A DNA stretch of 64,000 bases, taken from contig JBBRLJ010000001.1 in the NCBI GenBank assembly GCA_038231435.1, positions 32,001 through 96,000 of the forward strand, in the 5' to 3' direction. Source of the DNA: Planctomycetota bacterium (GTDB lineage Bacteria > Planctomycetota > UBA11346). This document shows positions 1 through 9,469 of this stretch, in pieces; position 1 is the first letter of the stretch; every line of letters starts with the position of its first letter. A model generated the notes under the pieces. That model ran no database searches, was not told the DNA's origin, and saw only the letters and a list, made by a program, of their open reading frames with translations. The translations under genes were made by a program, and so were the position numbers.

Positions 1-104
1 ACCAGGATCCCGCACCGACTTGCCCGGCTCCGACCGCTGGCGCTCCACCGTCCGCCGCATCACCGCTTGCCGCGGCCGGCGCGGCGCACTCGGCCGATCC
101 GGCG

Positions 105-3100
105 GTGGATCTTCCGATCAACCGCCCACCGCTGACCCAGCGTCTCAACCGATACGGCGTCAAGCGCGCGACCTCGAGCGGGCAGCGCTTTTCGCCCGAT
201 CACCAGTTGGGCGCAGGATCGGCCGGCATCGTCATGTCGATGCGCGACCGCAACCTCGCGCGCTCGGTGGCCGTCAAGTACATGCCCGGTCAGCTCAGCA
301 ACATTGCGAGCGCGGACATCGAGGACTTCATCTCTGAAGGCCAGATCATCGCATCCTTGCAGCATCCGAACATCCTGCCGGTCTGCGATCTCGACGTCGA
401 CGACGAGGGCCGTATCTACTACATGATGAAGGAGGTCGACGGGCATTCCCTCGGTTCGGTCATCCAGCTCTCCAAACCCGGAGCCCGCGCCGCCGAGATC
501 GCCGACATCAATAGCGTGCTGCACATCTTCCTATCGATCGCGCGAGCCATCGCCTACGCGCACAGCAAGGGCGTCATACACCAGGACATCAAGCCCGAGA
601 ACATCATCCTCGGCAAGTTCGGCGAGATCTTGCTGATCGACTGGGGCAGTGCTTTCCGCGTCAGCGACGTGAAAGAGAAATCACCGCAAGGCACGCCGCT
701 GTACATGAGTCCCGAGCAGGCTCGTCTGCAGCAGGCGGATGCGCGCAGCGACATCTACTGCCTCGGCGCCACCCTCTTCCACGCTCTCGCCCTGCGCCCG
801 CCGACCTGGTCGGACGATCCGACGACGTTCGAGGAGATGAAGAAGGAAGGCACCGTCATCGGTTTCAGCAAGGATGAGCTGCGCTTCATCCCTAAGGATC
901 TCGCGGCCATCACCCTGAAAGCCATCGCCAGCGCGCCCGAGGCCCGTTACCCGACGGCCGACGATCTGGTTCGTGATCTCGAGAACGTCCAGGCGGGACT
1001 CGCGGTGAGCGCACGGCCGGCCGGCCCCATCGAATCGGTCGCGCGCGCCTTCCGCCGCCACCGCAAGGCCATCCTCGCTGTCTCCATTCCAGCCTTGGTG
1101 ATAACCTTGCTGCTCGCTGCGCTCATGGGTGAACGCATCAAGGAGCTGGCGAACTGGGGCATGCCCATCGCCACCGCGATCGAGGAAGGCCAACTGAGGG
1201 CGGATTGGCACGTCCTCTCTGGCGATTTCGACCTGAAAGACGGCAAGCTGGTGAGCCAGGCTGACAACATGTCGCTGCTGCTCTACGATAAGAAGCTGTG
1301 GGGCGACGCCGCCATCGAGTGCGACGCCACCATGCTTCCGGGTGGTCCGCCGTGCGACCTGTCGATCATGTTCGCCAGGACCGCCACCTTCGATGACAAG
1401 GGCCGCGGCGGAGCAAAGGACTACTACCAGCTGAAGTTCGGCGCCTTCGACGGCGCATACGCGTGCATCATGGGGCCGAAGGACCAGTACCTCGCGTACT
1501 CGGCCAAGCGGCCCGAACTCGGGCGGACCTACCACCTCCGGGCCGAGGTCGCCTGGGACACCATCACCATGTACATCGATGGCGAACGCATCCTCACCTA
1601 CCGGCACGACGTTCCGCTCAGTGGCGGATACCTCGGAGTCTTCGGTTACTACAAAGGCAAGCAGTTCGAGAACATCAGGATCTATTCCCATTCGGTGCCG
1701 CAGAAGGTGCCCGCGCTCGCGATCGGCGATTCGTACTACGAGAACGGGCTCTTCGAGCAGGCCGGCGAGCAGTACCAGAAGCTGATGAATTCGCATCCGG
1801 GGTCCGACCTCGGCGCCTGCGCCGCTTATAAGCGCGGCCTGTGCCTCGCCGCTCTCGACAAGCACGAGGAGGCTTCCGCGCAGTGGGCCCAGATCGCCGG
1901 CACCGCCTATGAGCCGCTGGCCCATCTCCAGGAGGTGAACCACCTGTTCGCGCAGAACGATCACGACGGCGTGATCGCCGGCATGAAGAACGTCGCCAAG
2001 TTCTGGCGTTCACAGGAAGCGCAGCAACAGATGCCGGTGCTGTGGGCGACCTATGTGAAGGATCTGATGTCGCGCAGCACCGAGTCGCCGCAAACGATCG
2101 CGAAATACCTCAAGCTCCACGACGACAGCCTCAAGGACTACCATTCCGCCGATTTCCAGGCCGCCGAAGCCCTGATCTATCTCGGCAGGTTCGACGAGGT
2201 GCTGTCGCTCTATCCGCTGCAGGAGCCGGTGTGCTGCTCTGCGTTGATCTACCAAGGCCGGCCCGAGGACGTACCCAAGCTCTACCCGCGTCAGCGCGCC
2301 AAGGCCGCGGATGCGCTGTTCACGATGGGGCTCTCCGAGCAGGTGGATCAGCTCTATCCCGAGGTCACCTGGATACGGCTGCGCGGGCTGATCGCGCGCG
2401 GCAAGGCCGATCAGGTCGAGAAGGTCTTCCCCGACGCGACCTGGGGCAAGGCCGAGGCCGCGGTCGTCCTCGGTCGGCTCGACGACATCGAGTGGATGAA
2501 GGACCAGGGCATCGGATACGTCACCGCGCTGCTGTTCAACGGCAAGGTGAAGGAGATCCCGAAGGAGCAGCCCGGTTACGAGGATTTCACCTGCATGATG
2601 GTCGAGGGCCATCCGCAGGAAGCTCTCGAGAAGCACCCGTATGACTTCACCCGCGCACTGTGGGCCCGCCACTATCTCGGCCTGCGCGAGTTCATCGCCG
2701 GCGACCAAGCCCAGGCCTTTGCGTCGTTCGAGCTGCCGATCGGCAGCGAGTTCCACCAGGAGCACTTCGCCTTCACCCACTACGTGATGGTGCCGATGCT
2801 GCATCAGCTCGGAGGCCAGAAGAACAGGCTCGCCGAAGCGTGCCGCCAGGTGGTCGAGACCAGGCGTTACGCCTACGAGCAGAAGCCCTGGCATTACGCC
2901 ATGTACCTGCTGGGGAGCATGGACGACACGGCCTTCCTGGCCCAGCCGCACTGCGTCTACGCCTCGGCCGACCTGGTGCTGTGCAAGGGCGTGCGCGCCG
3001 ACTCCGCCGGGGACAGCGAGCTGGCGCTGGCATCCTACCGCGACTACCTGCAGATCCCGCTCTACCGGCGAGCCAAGACCATCGATCCGGTGATCAATAC

Positions 3101-3149
3101 CTTCGTCGAATGGCGGGTGAAATCACTTTCGGAGCCCCAGCCGCGCTGA
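105..3149 (+). CDS. Membrane Ser/Thr protein kinase with predicted extracytoplasmic beta-sandwich (DUF1080/lectin-like) and TPR-like regions
   Basis: LGAGSAGIV glycine loop, VAVK, HQDIKPEN, DWG, GTPLYMSPEQ; hydrophobic helix AILAVSIPALVITLLLAALMG; beta-rich region then helical TPR-like repeats. Confidence 0.88.
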   Translation: MDLPINRPPLTQRLNRYGVKRATSSGQRFSPDHQLGAGSAGIVMSMRDRNLARSVAVKYMPGQLSNIASADIEDFISEGQIIASLQHPNILPVCDLDVDDEGRIYYMMKEVDGHSLGSVIQLSKPGARAAEIADINSVLHIFLSIARAIAYAHSKGVIHQDIKPENIILGKFGEILLIDWGSAFRVSDVKEKSPQGTPLYMSPEQARLQQADARSDIYCLGATLFHALALRPPTWSDDPTTFEEMKKEGTVIGFSKDELRFIPKDLAAITLKAIASAPEARYPTADDLVRDLENVQAGLAVSARPAGPIESVARAFRRHRKAILAVSIPALVITLLLAALMGERIKELANWGMPIATAIEEGQLRADWHVLSGDFDLKDGKLVSQADNMSLLLYDKKLWGDAAIECDATMLPGGPPCDLSIMFARTATFDDKGRGGAKDYYQLKFGAFDGAYACIMGPKDQYLAYSAKRPELGRTYHLRAEVAWDTITMYIDGERILTYRHDVPLSGGYLGVFGYYKGKQFENIRIYSHSVPQKVPALAIGDSYYENGLFEQAGEQYQKLMNSHPGSDLGACAAYKRGLCLAALDKHEEASAQWAQIAGTAYEPLAHLQEVNHLFAQNDHDGVIAGMKNVAKFWRSQEAQQQMPVLWATYVKDLMSRSTESPQTIAKYLKLHDDSLKDYHSADFQAAEALIYLGRFDEVLSLYPLQEPVCCSALIYQGRPEDVPKLYPRQRAKAADALFTMGLSEQVDQLYPEVTWIRLRGLIARGKADQVEKVFPDATWGKAEAAVVLGRLDDIEWMKDQGIGYVTALLFNGKVKEIPKEQPGYEDFTCMMVEGHPQEALEKHPYDFTRALWARHYLGLREFIAGDQAQAFASFELPIGSEFHQEHFAFTHYVMVPMLHQLGGQKNRLAEACRQVVETRRYAYEQKPWHYAMYLLGSMDDTAFLAQPHCVYASADLVLCKGVRADSAGDSELALASYRDYLQIPLYRRAKTIDPVINTFVEWRVKSLSEPQPR

Positions 3150-3212
3150 TGCGGTATCGGGCACGCTCGTTGCCCCTCACTGGCGCCACGGCGACGGGCT
3201 CCAGGACAGCGC

Positions 3213-3794
3213 CTAGTTCGTGCGTTCCCAGGTCCCGGTCGAGCTCGTGTAGGTGAACACGATGTCGTCCTGGGTCTTGGCGGGTGTCCCGGCCACGCTG
3301 GTCACCACGACGGAGTTCACGTAGTATCGTGGCAGGCCGCCTGGGATCGCCCGCGACCCATTGGTGATCGTGAAGCGCAGCCTGGATGTCTCGGGATCGC
3401 CGCTGAACGCATCGCAGATCTGGTCGGCCGTGCTCGACGTGGCGGCATTGGCGTAGGGGCCGCTGCCGCTCGCGAGGCGGTTCAACGGCAATTCGAGGTA
3501 CGGTGTCTTGCCGATGGTCGGCGGATTGCGCGCGAGGAACGTCCATGGCGAGGCGATGAAGTCCGCAGACGTGGGCGAGTCTCCCAGCACCGGATAGTCC
3601 GATAGGTAGAGTGTAAGGGCGCTGGTCACCTGCTCGATGATGCGCGTGGTGGCGACGCGCTGCTGCTGCCGTTTCAGCATCCCCATGACCGCCAGCACCA
3701 GCCCCGCGAGCATCAGCACGATGGCGATGGTGATCATCAACTCCAAGATGGTGAAACCGCGGGCGCGCAGACGTGGGAGCTGGTGGTCGCTCAT
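3213..3794 (-). CDS. Prepilin-type N-terminal cleavage/methylation protein (GspG/H-like pseudopilin)
   Basis: RARG|FTILELMITIAIVLMLAGLV; ATG at 3794 overlaps the upstream TGA (ATGA). Confidence 0.85.
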   Translation of the reverse strand: MSDHQLPRLRARGFTILELMITIAIVLMLAGLVLAVMGMLKRQQQRVATTRIIEQVTSALTLYLSDYPVLGDSPTSADFIASPWTFLARNPPTIGKTPYLELPLNRLASGSGPYANAATSSTADQICDAFSGDPETSRLRFTITNGSRAIPGGLPRYYVNSVVVTSVAGTPAKTQDDIVFTYTSSTGTWERTN

Positions 3795-4780
3795 TTGATC
3801 TCGATCGGAGTCGACAGCAGGGATTCGTAGCGGCGCGTCAGTCCGGCGGGCACGCGTTTGCCGAGCTTGGTCCCCGACCACGGCGGAGAGGCGAAGCTCG
3901 ACGACGACCAAGTGGAGGCCTCGCATACCAGGCTCGTCTGCGACCAGATGCTTGCCAGATCCGCGGGAGTTCCGGCGAGGGGCGTGATGAGCACCGGCCC
4001 CGCGGAGGCGACCGCAAGATAGACGCTGCGGTTGTACTGGTAGACGGTGCTGGCCTTCTTGAGCCGGTCATTGATCAGCGTCGATGGCGGCGGACCGGGA
4101 ATCGCCTGCGCGGTAACGGTGGGCTGGAACAGGCCGTAGACGATGACCAGCGGGTGACCCCATGCGTCGTTCCAGCCCTTCTTGGCGCTGCGATCATTCT
4201 GGTACGCGTCCAATGCTTCGTCGGGCACGGTCATGGCGTCGTCCCGGGGCAGGACATTCGCCGCCAGCTTCATCAATTCCACCGTCTTGAGCGGATTGAG
4301 ATCGGCGAGCGTCGCGGTGCTGACGAATCTCCGCCCTGGTCCAACCTGCTTCGCATCCGGCTCACCCTGGCTGATGGCCGCCGGCACCGCGGGAGCGGCG
4401 ATCACGGGATCGTCCTGATCGAGGAGATCGTCCTTGTTCCACGGGAAGCCGAAGTTGTGGATCTTGGTGACGTCCAGCCATGGGTTGACCGTCGGATCAG
4501 GATTCGGCGTGATGCCATCGAGAAACTTGATGTCGGTGACGCCGCCAAGACCGGCGTCGCGCTGCAGGACGAACGCCGCTGAGCCTTCCTGGATGCCGAC
4601 CTCCGACAGCGCCTTCTGGATGTTGTCCATGCGCTGGGTGGTATTGAGCACCTGGGCTGAGAAGCGCATGCGGCCGAGCATCGGAAGGAGCAGACCAATC
4701 AGTATCGAGATCACCACGACGACGATCAGCAGTTCGAGCAGGGTGAAGCCCCGGCGTTGCGCGCGCTGAATGGCCATCAC
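3791..4780 (-). CDS. Prepilin-type N-terminal cleavage/methylation protein
   Basis: QRRG|FTLLELLIVVVVISILIGLLLP; GspG-like DAWGHPL motif; start overlaps upstream stop. Confidence 0.87.
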   Translation of the reverse strand: MMAIQRAQRRGFTLLELLIVVVVISILIGLLLPMLGRMRFSAQVLNTTQRMDNIQKALSEVGIQEGSAAFVLQRDAGLGGVTDIKFLDGITPNPDPTVNPWLDVTKIHNFGFPWNKDDLLDQDDPVIAAPAVPAAISQGEPDAKQVGPGRRFVSTATLADLNPLKTVELMKLAANVLPRDDAMTVPDEALDAYQNDRSAKKGWNDAWGHPLVIVYGLFQPTVTAQAIPGPPPSTLINDRLKKASTVYQYNRSVYLAVASAGPVLITPLAGTPADLASIWSQTSLVCEASTWSSSSFASPPWSGTKLGKRVPAGLTRRYESLLSTPIEIK

Positions 4781-5802
4781 TGATCTCCGTGCACGATGTT
4801 GTCGCGCGAGCCGTCGAGATCATCTCCCGCGGGCACGACGGCATCCGCGGTGGTCTGCAGGATCCCATCCGGACCCGGATCCCAGCGGAACACCCCGTCA
4901 GGGCCGGCGGACATCAGCCGCAGCGCTCCGCCACGAGAGTAGCTGCTGAGTATCTCGTGCCCCCAGGCGTCGTAGAGCCCGAGACCGCGCAAGCGGTAGA
5001 GCTTGTACGCCCCCCCATCCAGAATCCGTCCTGGCTTCCATCTCGACTCGCCACCGGAAGGCTCGGGAGACCACAGCAGACCGGCGTGGATCAGCGCCGC
5101 GTCGTCGGGCGGACTGAACAGCGCCTTGAGACGGGCGAGCTCCGTGGAGACGTTGCTGTTCCCGAACAGGTAGTCGATCGCCTGCTGGTTATCCTGCGGC
5201 GTTCCCGCGGAGATGACATGGCTGAGCTTCTCTGTGTAGAGCGGATTGCTGTTGTCGTACGGCGGCGGAATGGTGGTCGCCGGAGGCGCCGGTTTGGGCA
5301 GCCTGAAATAGTCGGTGACCGCCGACTGGTCCGCGCCTATCACGTACAAGTACTCGCGGCGCATGCCGAAGAGGATCGGCACCGCCGGATCGGCGAACAG
5401 GTCGTCAGGCATCATCACCCGGTCGCCGTTCGAGGTCACCGACCATTCGTCGACGCCCTTGAGCGCTTGCCCCGCTGGATTCACCACGGTCATCGCTCCG
5501 CCGACGACGCTGCCGTCCGGCTGCAGGATGCGTCCACGCAAGCCGACGAATGGCGAGCGAGGGGCCTTCGAACCCGCGAGCGGGTGCTCGCTGGGGGCGG
5601 GCGCTCCGCCCTTGTTGGCCACCGTCAGCTCGATGCCCTGGCGGATCTCGGCGAGGATCACGTTGGTCTTGGATTTGGCGGTGGACCTCTTCAAGACGTT
5701 CACCGTTCCGAGGACGATGCCCGCGAGTATGCTGATGATCACCACCACCATCAGCAGTTCGATCAGGGTGAACGCCCGAGCGAACTCAGAACTCCTGCGC
5801 AT
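4777..5802 (-). CDS. Prepilin-type N-terminal cleavage/methylation protein (GspG-like C-terminus)
   Basis: ARA|FTLIELLMVVVIISILAGIVLG; DAWGHEI...LMSAGPDG...DNI resembles the GspG C-terminal signature. Confidence 0.87.
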   Translation of the reverse strand: MRRSSEFARAFTLIELLMVVVIISILAGIVLGTVNVLKRSTAKSKTNVILAEIRQGIELTVANKGGAPAPSEHPLAGSKAPRSPFVGLRGRILQPDGSVVGGAMTVVNPAGQALKGVDEWSVTSNGDRVMMPDDLFADPAVPILFGMRREYLYVIGADQSAVTDYFRLPKPAPPATTIPPPYDNSNPLYTEKLSHVISAGTPQDNQQAIDYLFGNSNVSTELARLKALFSPPDDAALIHAGLLWSPEPSGGESRWKPGRILDGGAYKLYRLRGLGLYDAWGHEILSSYSRGGALRLMSAGPDGVFRWDPGPDGILQTTADAVVPAGDDLDGSRDNIVHGDQ

Positions 5803-6367
5803 TCGCCACTCCGATCGAATAGATCGCGATTCCCACGCGGACCTGGTCGTCCAGGCTGCGCACGCTGAACGGAGCATCCGGAACGGCGCCGATGTTGGTC
5901 GGCACCATCGGCGATCCCGTCTGGATCGGAAAGCCGGTCCGGGACTGGTACTGCCAACCTTTGTTGGATGTCATCGGCACATTGCCGTCGAAGACCACCA
6001 CGTTGCGATTGAATGGGATCCTGCATACCGGCTTAGCGGGAGCGCCACCGTCCGTCAGGATGGTCGCGCGCGTCGCGTCGAGGCCGTAGGTCACCGCCAC
6101 GTAGGAAGGGAGGCCGTCATCGACCACCACCACCACGCCGTAGCGCATCGGCGAGGCTTGGCCGGATCTGGCGAGCCCCGTGGCGATGGACGAGGCGTTC
6201 ATGATGCTGCTCGCGGCGTCCGAGATCCGCCCCTTGCGCAACGCCCCGAGCAGGCCGGGAAGCGACATGCTGGCGAGGAGCATGATGATGCCGAGCACCA
6301 CCACCATCTCGATGGCGGTGAAGCCAACGCGGGCGCGCGGGCACCGATGCGCGGAGCGGTCACTCAT
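5786..6367 (-). CDS. Prepilin-type protein (GspH/FimT-like)
   Basis: RVG|FTAIEMVVVLGIIMLLASMSLP; ATG at 6367 overlaps the end of the upstream gene. Confidence 0.83.
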   Translation of the reverse strand: MSDRSAHRCPRARVGFTAIEMVVVLGIIMLLASMSLPGLLGALRKGRISDAASSIMNASSIATGLARSGQASPMRYGVVVVVDDGLPSYVAVTYGLDATRATILTDGGAPAKPVCRIPFNRNVVVFDGNVPMTSNKGWQYQSRTGFPIQTGSPMVPTNIGAVPDAPFSVRSLDDQVRVGIAIYSIGVANAQEF

Positions 6368-6980
6368 TGTTGGCGCCCGACCAGCTGGTGATGTCGTCCA
6401 GCGTGCCGTCCTGGCCATCGGGACCGAGCGACCAGACGCCGAAGCCGTCCGCCCCGTAGGTCTTGACCGAGAACGCGATGTGCAGTGGATGCCGCCATGC
6501 GTCCACGACCTGGCGCTGCGCGTTCATCTGCTCCTTGCGCAACGGCACGTTCGGGTTCATGGCCACGAAGCCACCGTACCCCGACTTGATGAGTTCGTCC
6601 CAGAAGGGCCCGTCGCAGGTCGGCCCGGCGGCGGCTCCGGGGAGTCCGTCGAGAATCCCGTCGCCCTGCATGAGGTTAGGGCCTCCGCCGGGCGGCTCAT
6701 TCATGTCCCAGAGATGACCGAGGCGTTCAAGCCTCGGGCCGGTCGGATCCGATGGGTCCGGAGCCGACACGGTCCAGGTGCGGGTGGAGTAGACGTTGAT
6801 CGCCGTGGCGACGGCATGGACCAGCATGCGCGTGCCCTGGATGCGCGCGCGATTCCTGGTCGAGGTCAGGATGCCGTAGCCCATTCCGGACAATGCCGCG
6901 ATGATCGAGACGACGATCATCATCTCGAGCAGTGAAAACGCATGGCGGCTGGGCCGTCGAATCCGGACTGCGACGCGCAC
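6360..6980 (-). CDS. Prepilin-type protein (GspG-like)
   Basis: RHA|FSLLEMMIVVSIIAALSGMG; VDAWRHPL...VWSLGPDGQDGTLDDITSW is GspG-like; GTG start at 6980 is an estimate. Confidence 0.85.
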   Translation of the reverse strand: MRVAVRIRRPSRHAFSLLEMMIVVSIIAALSGMGYGILTSTRNRARIQGTRMLVHAVATAINVYSTRTWTVSAPDPSDPTGPRLERLGHLWDMNEPPGGGPNLMQGDGILDGLPGAAAGPTCDGPFWDELIKSGYGGFVAMNPNVPLRKEQMNAQRQVVDAWRHPLHIAFSVKTYGADGFGVWSLGPDGQDGTLDDITSWSGANNE

Positions 6981-7303
6981 GATCAAATCCTCGACTGGGA
7001 TAGTATACCCGCCGACCACTCGCCGTGCGCGACCCCGCAGGTGCTCCCCGCCCACGCTTGCTAAATGGGTCGGATGGTCGCCGCCTCGATCGTGGCTAAC
7101 GCCCGATTGCAACCTTCGCAACCGATGGCGCGGCATCTGCGGCATATCCTCCTCCGATCTCATGCGGTATCCTCTCCGGTTAGGGCACTCGGCGATCATG
7201 CCTCCGTCCGGACGGAGCCTCCTGACCGTTCAACCCGGGTGGCACGCCCGGGGCCGAGTGGCCTTGCGGGTACTGGACGTCCGGTTTACCTCGGTAAGCA
7301 TAT

Positions 7304-7324
7304 CTATATATTAGTGAATCACTA
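7304..7324 (+). promoter_or_regulatory. Candidate -10-like box plus palindromic operator (TAGTGAATCACTA)
   Basis: CTATATATTAGTGAATCACTA in an AT-rich patch between divergent operons; near-identical copies at 24583-24602 and 35164-35183. Confidence 0.55.
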
Positions 7325-7431
7325 TAGGCTGCCCGTCTCCCGTTCCACGGAAAGGCCCTGATGACGTCTCCCGCCTGCTCCGCTAGCATGTCCGCCACGA
7401 CCGCAGGAATTCGCCGCCCTTGAAACCGACC

Positions 7432-9462
7432 ATGCGCAAATCATTGAACACGCTGAATTTGCACAGGCGCGGCATGACCCTCTTCGAGGTCGCCATCTCG
7501 CTGGTCATCATGACCGTCGGCATCCTCAGCTGTATCATGCTGTTTCCGGCGGGCATCAAGGCGCAGCAGATGGCGAAGATGAAGCTGCTCGCCGGGGCCA
7601 AGGCCCAGGAGATGGTCGACAGCTTCGTGTCCTCGACCACCGCCAACCCGACCATCGATGTCGAGGCGTACAATCCCTGGGACGTCCCCGTCACCTATCG
7701 TAGCCTGAGCTGGGACCTCGAAACCAGACTGTCATCGCACCGCTTCGGCATCATGCCCCTGCCACTCGAGATCGCGCGCCGCCTCGATTCGGAGAACGAC
7801 GAGATCCAGACCATCCTCGACCAGGGCGGCTACATCTACTATTCGCAGCCGAACGCCGTCTCGAGCATGCAGGAGACCTCGCTCGAGGCCGCGCCCGCCA
7901 ACGAAAACCAGACCCTCATCTTCGCGGTGACGGGCTACGCACAGCAGGATTCGCTGACGATCTTCCCGTGGAAGGCCTGGCCCTATGTGGGCAACTATCC
8001 CTCGCCGCCGCTGCACGCGTACCGGCCGACGGGCGGAGCGGAGAATATATTCACCTCGGGGCTGACCGGGAACTTCGTCTTCCATTACTGGACGCATTGG
8101 GACTTCGGCGACTCGACCGGCGTGACTCCCGAAGAGCTCGTCGATCCGAGGATGGTCACCGTGCTGCAGGCGTACGAGGACTACGAATACGGCACGTCGC
8201 CCACCGACCAGGGTCCGACCGAGGCGAAGTGCATCGCCTACATCCAGGCCGCACTGGCGTACTGCGTGGCAGTGGGCGTGCCGTCCTACTTCTACGATCC
8301 ACCGGTGGCGCCGGATCCCACCTTCATGCCCGGGGTCGGCCTCCAGTTCACGCCGATCAAGGAGTTCGAGGGCTGGACATCCGCGCAGACCGCGGCTCCT
8401 GCTGCGCACCTGCAGGTCCAGGCGATCCGCTTCCTCGCCCACGCCGCCGCATGCATCACCTATTACCACCGGCTCAACGAATTGGGCGGACAGCCGTCGG
8501 TGGCGGGCAGCGGTTTCCCCATACCCGCGGCCGCCACCGCTATCGGCGCATCGCCCGCCGTCGAGTTGACCCACGACAAGCTGCTCTACTACCACGAGAG
8601 CTGCCTGAATCTCGCGATGCTGTTCGCGTCGCGTTTCCCCTACGACTTCGGCGCGCCCCGGCCGATCCAGCGCTCGATCATGATGGATCACCCCCTGTTC
8701 GAGCCCGACCTCTTCGGCGCGCCGCTGTCGGGCACCCATTTCAACGGCAATCCGCTCGCGCCTGGGGTCTCCACCGCGCAGCATTGGCGACCGATACCCG
8801 GGCAGCCGCTGAAGAATCCCGGCGCCAGCTATTCGTTCCCCAACCGTCCGCTGCCGGCCGCCGGGAACCCGTTCTGGGGCGACCAGGCCCACTTCACCCT
8901 GACCAGGAAGTTCCAGCCCAAGGAGCGTTGCCGTCAGATCGTCTTCTGGTCGGCCGATTGGCAGAGCTACCAGGATTTCGAAACCGCGCCGAGCGCGCCG
9001 GTCGACGCTGGCAAGTATCCCATCGCCGCGCCGCTCGCCGGCGTCACCTTCGACCAGCGGCTGTCGGCGGTGAGCTTCCGCGACGAGATGATGTACGCGT
9101 TCCGCAATCCCGAGAAGACGCTGCTCTTCGTCCACGACATGACCGGGACCATTGCCACGCCACCGCCGGCGCCCTCGCGGGTACAGACGGGGACCATCCT
9201 GTCGAAGAAGAACGAGGTCGACATCCTGCTCACTCCGAACGACGCGAATCCCCACGTGCCGCCGGACCGCATCCCCTCGGCCCCGGCAACCCCGGATCAG
9301 ATCGCGACGGCCAAGATGATCTTCACTGGCCAATACGGCGCCGATCGCAACTTCAATTACCGCCTCGACCGTGGGCCGGTGCCCCCCTCGGTCCGCCTGC
9401 GCGCGACGCAGGTCGCCCGCTTCAACTTCTACGATGGGCGCGTCCCCGCGCCCATCCGGTGA
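7432..9462 (+). CDS. Large prepilin-type protein (PilV/GspI-like N-terminus)
   Basis: RRG|MTLFEVAISLVIMTVGILSCIMLFP followed by about 630 aa of unrecognised sequence. Confidence 0.83.
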   Translation: MRKSLNTLNLHRRGMTLFEVAISLVIMTVGILSCIMLFPAGIKAQQMAKMKLLAGAKAQEMVDSFVSSTTANPTIDVEAYNPWDVPVTYRSLSWDLETRLSSHRFGIMPLPLEIARRLDSENDEIQTILDQGGYIYYSQPNAVSSMQETSLEAAPANENQTLIFAVTGYAQQDSLTIFPWKAWPYVGNYPSPPLHAYRPTGGAENIFTSGLTGNFVFHYWTHWDFGDSTGVTPEELVDPRMVTVLQAYEDYEYGTSPTDQGPTEAKCIAYIQAALAYCVAVGVPSYFYDPPVAPDPTFMPGVGLQFTPIKEFEGWTSAQTAAPAAHLQVQAIRFLAHAAACITYYHRLNELGGQPSVAGSGFPIPAAATAIGASPAVELTHDKLLYYHESCLNLAMLFASRFPYDFGAPRPIQRSIMMDHPLFEPDLFGAPLSGTHFNGNPLAPGVSTAQHWRPIPGQPLKNPGASYSFPNRPLPAAGNPFWGDQAHFTLTRKFQPKERCRQIVFWSADWQSYQDFETAPSAPVDAGKYPIAAPLAGVTFDQRLSAVSFRDEMMYAFRNPEKTLLFVHDMTGTIATPPPAPSRVQTGTILSKKNEVDILLTPNDANPHVPPDRIPSAPATPDQIATAKMIFTGQYGADRNFNYRLDRGPVPPSVRLRATQVARFNFYDGRVPAPIR

Positions 9463-9469
9463 TCCGCCA

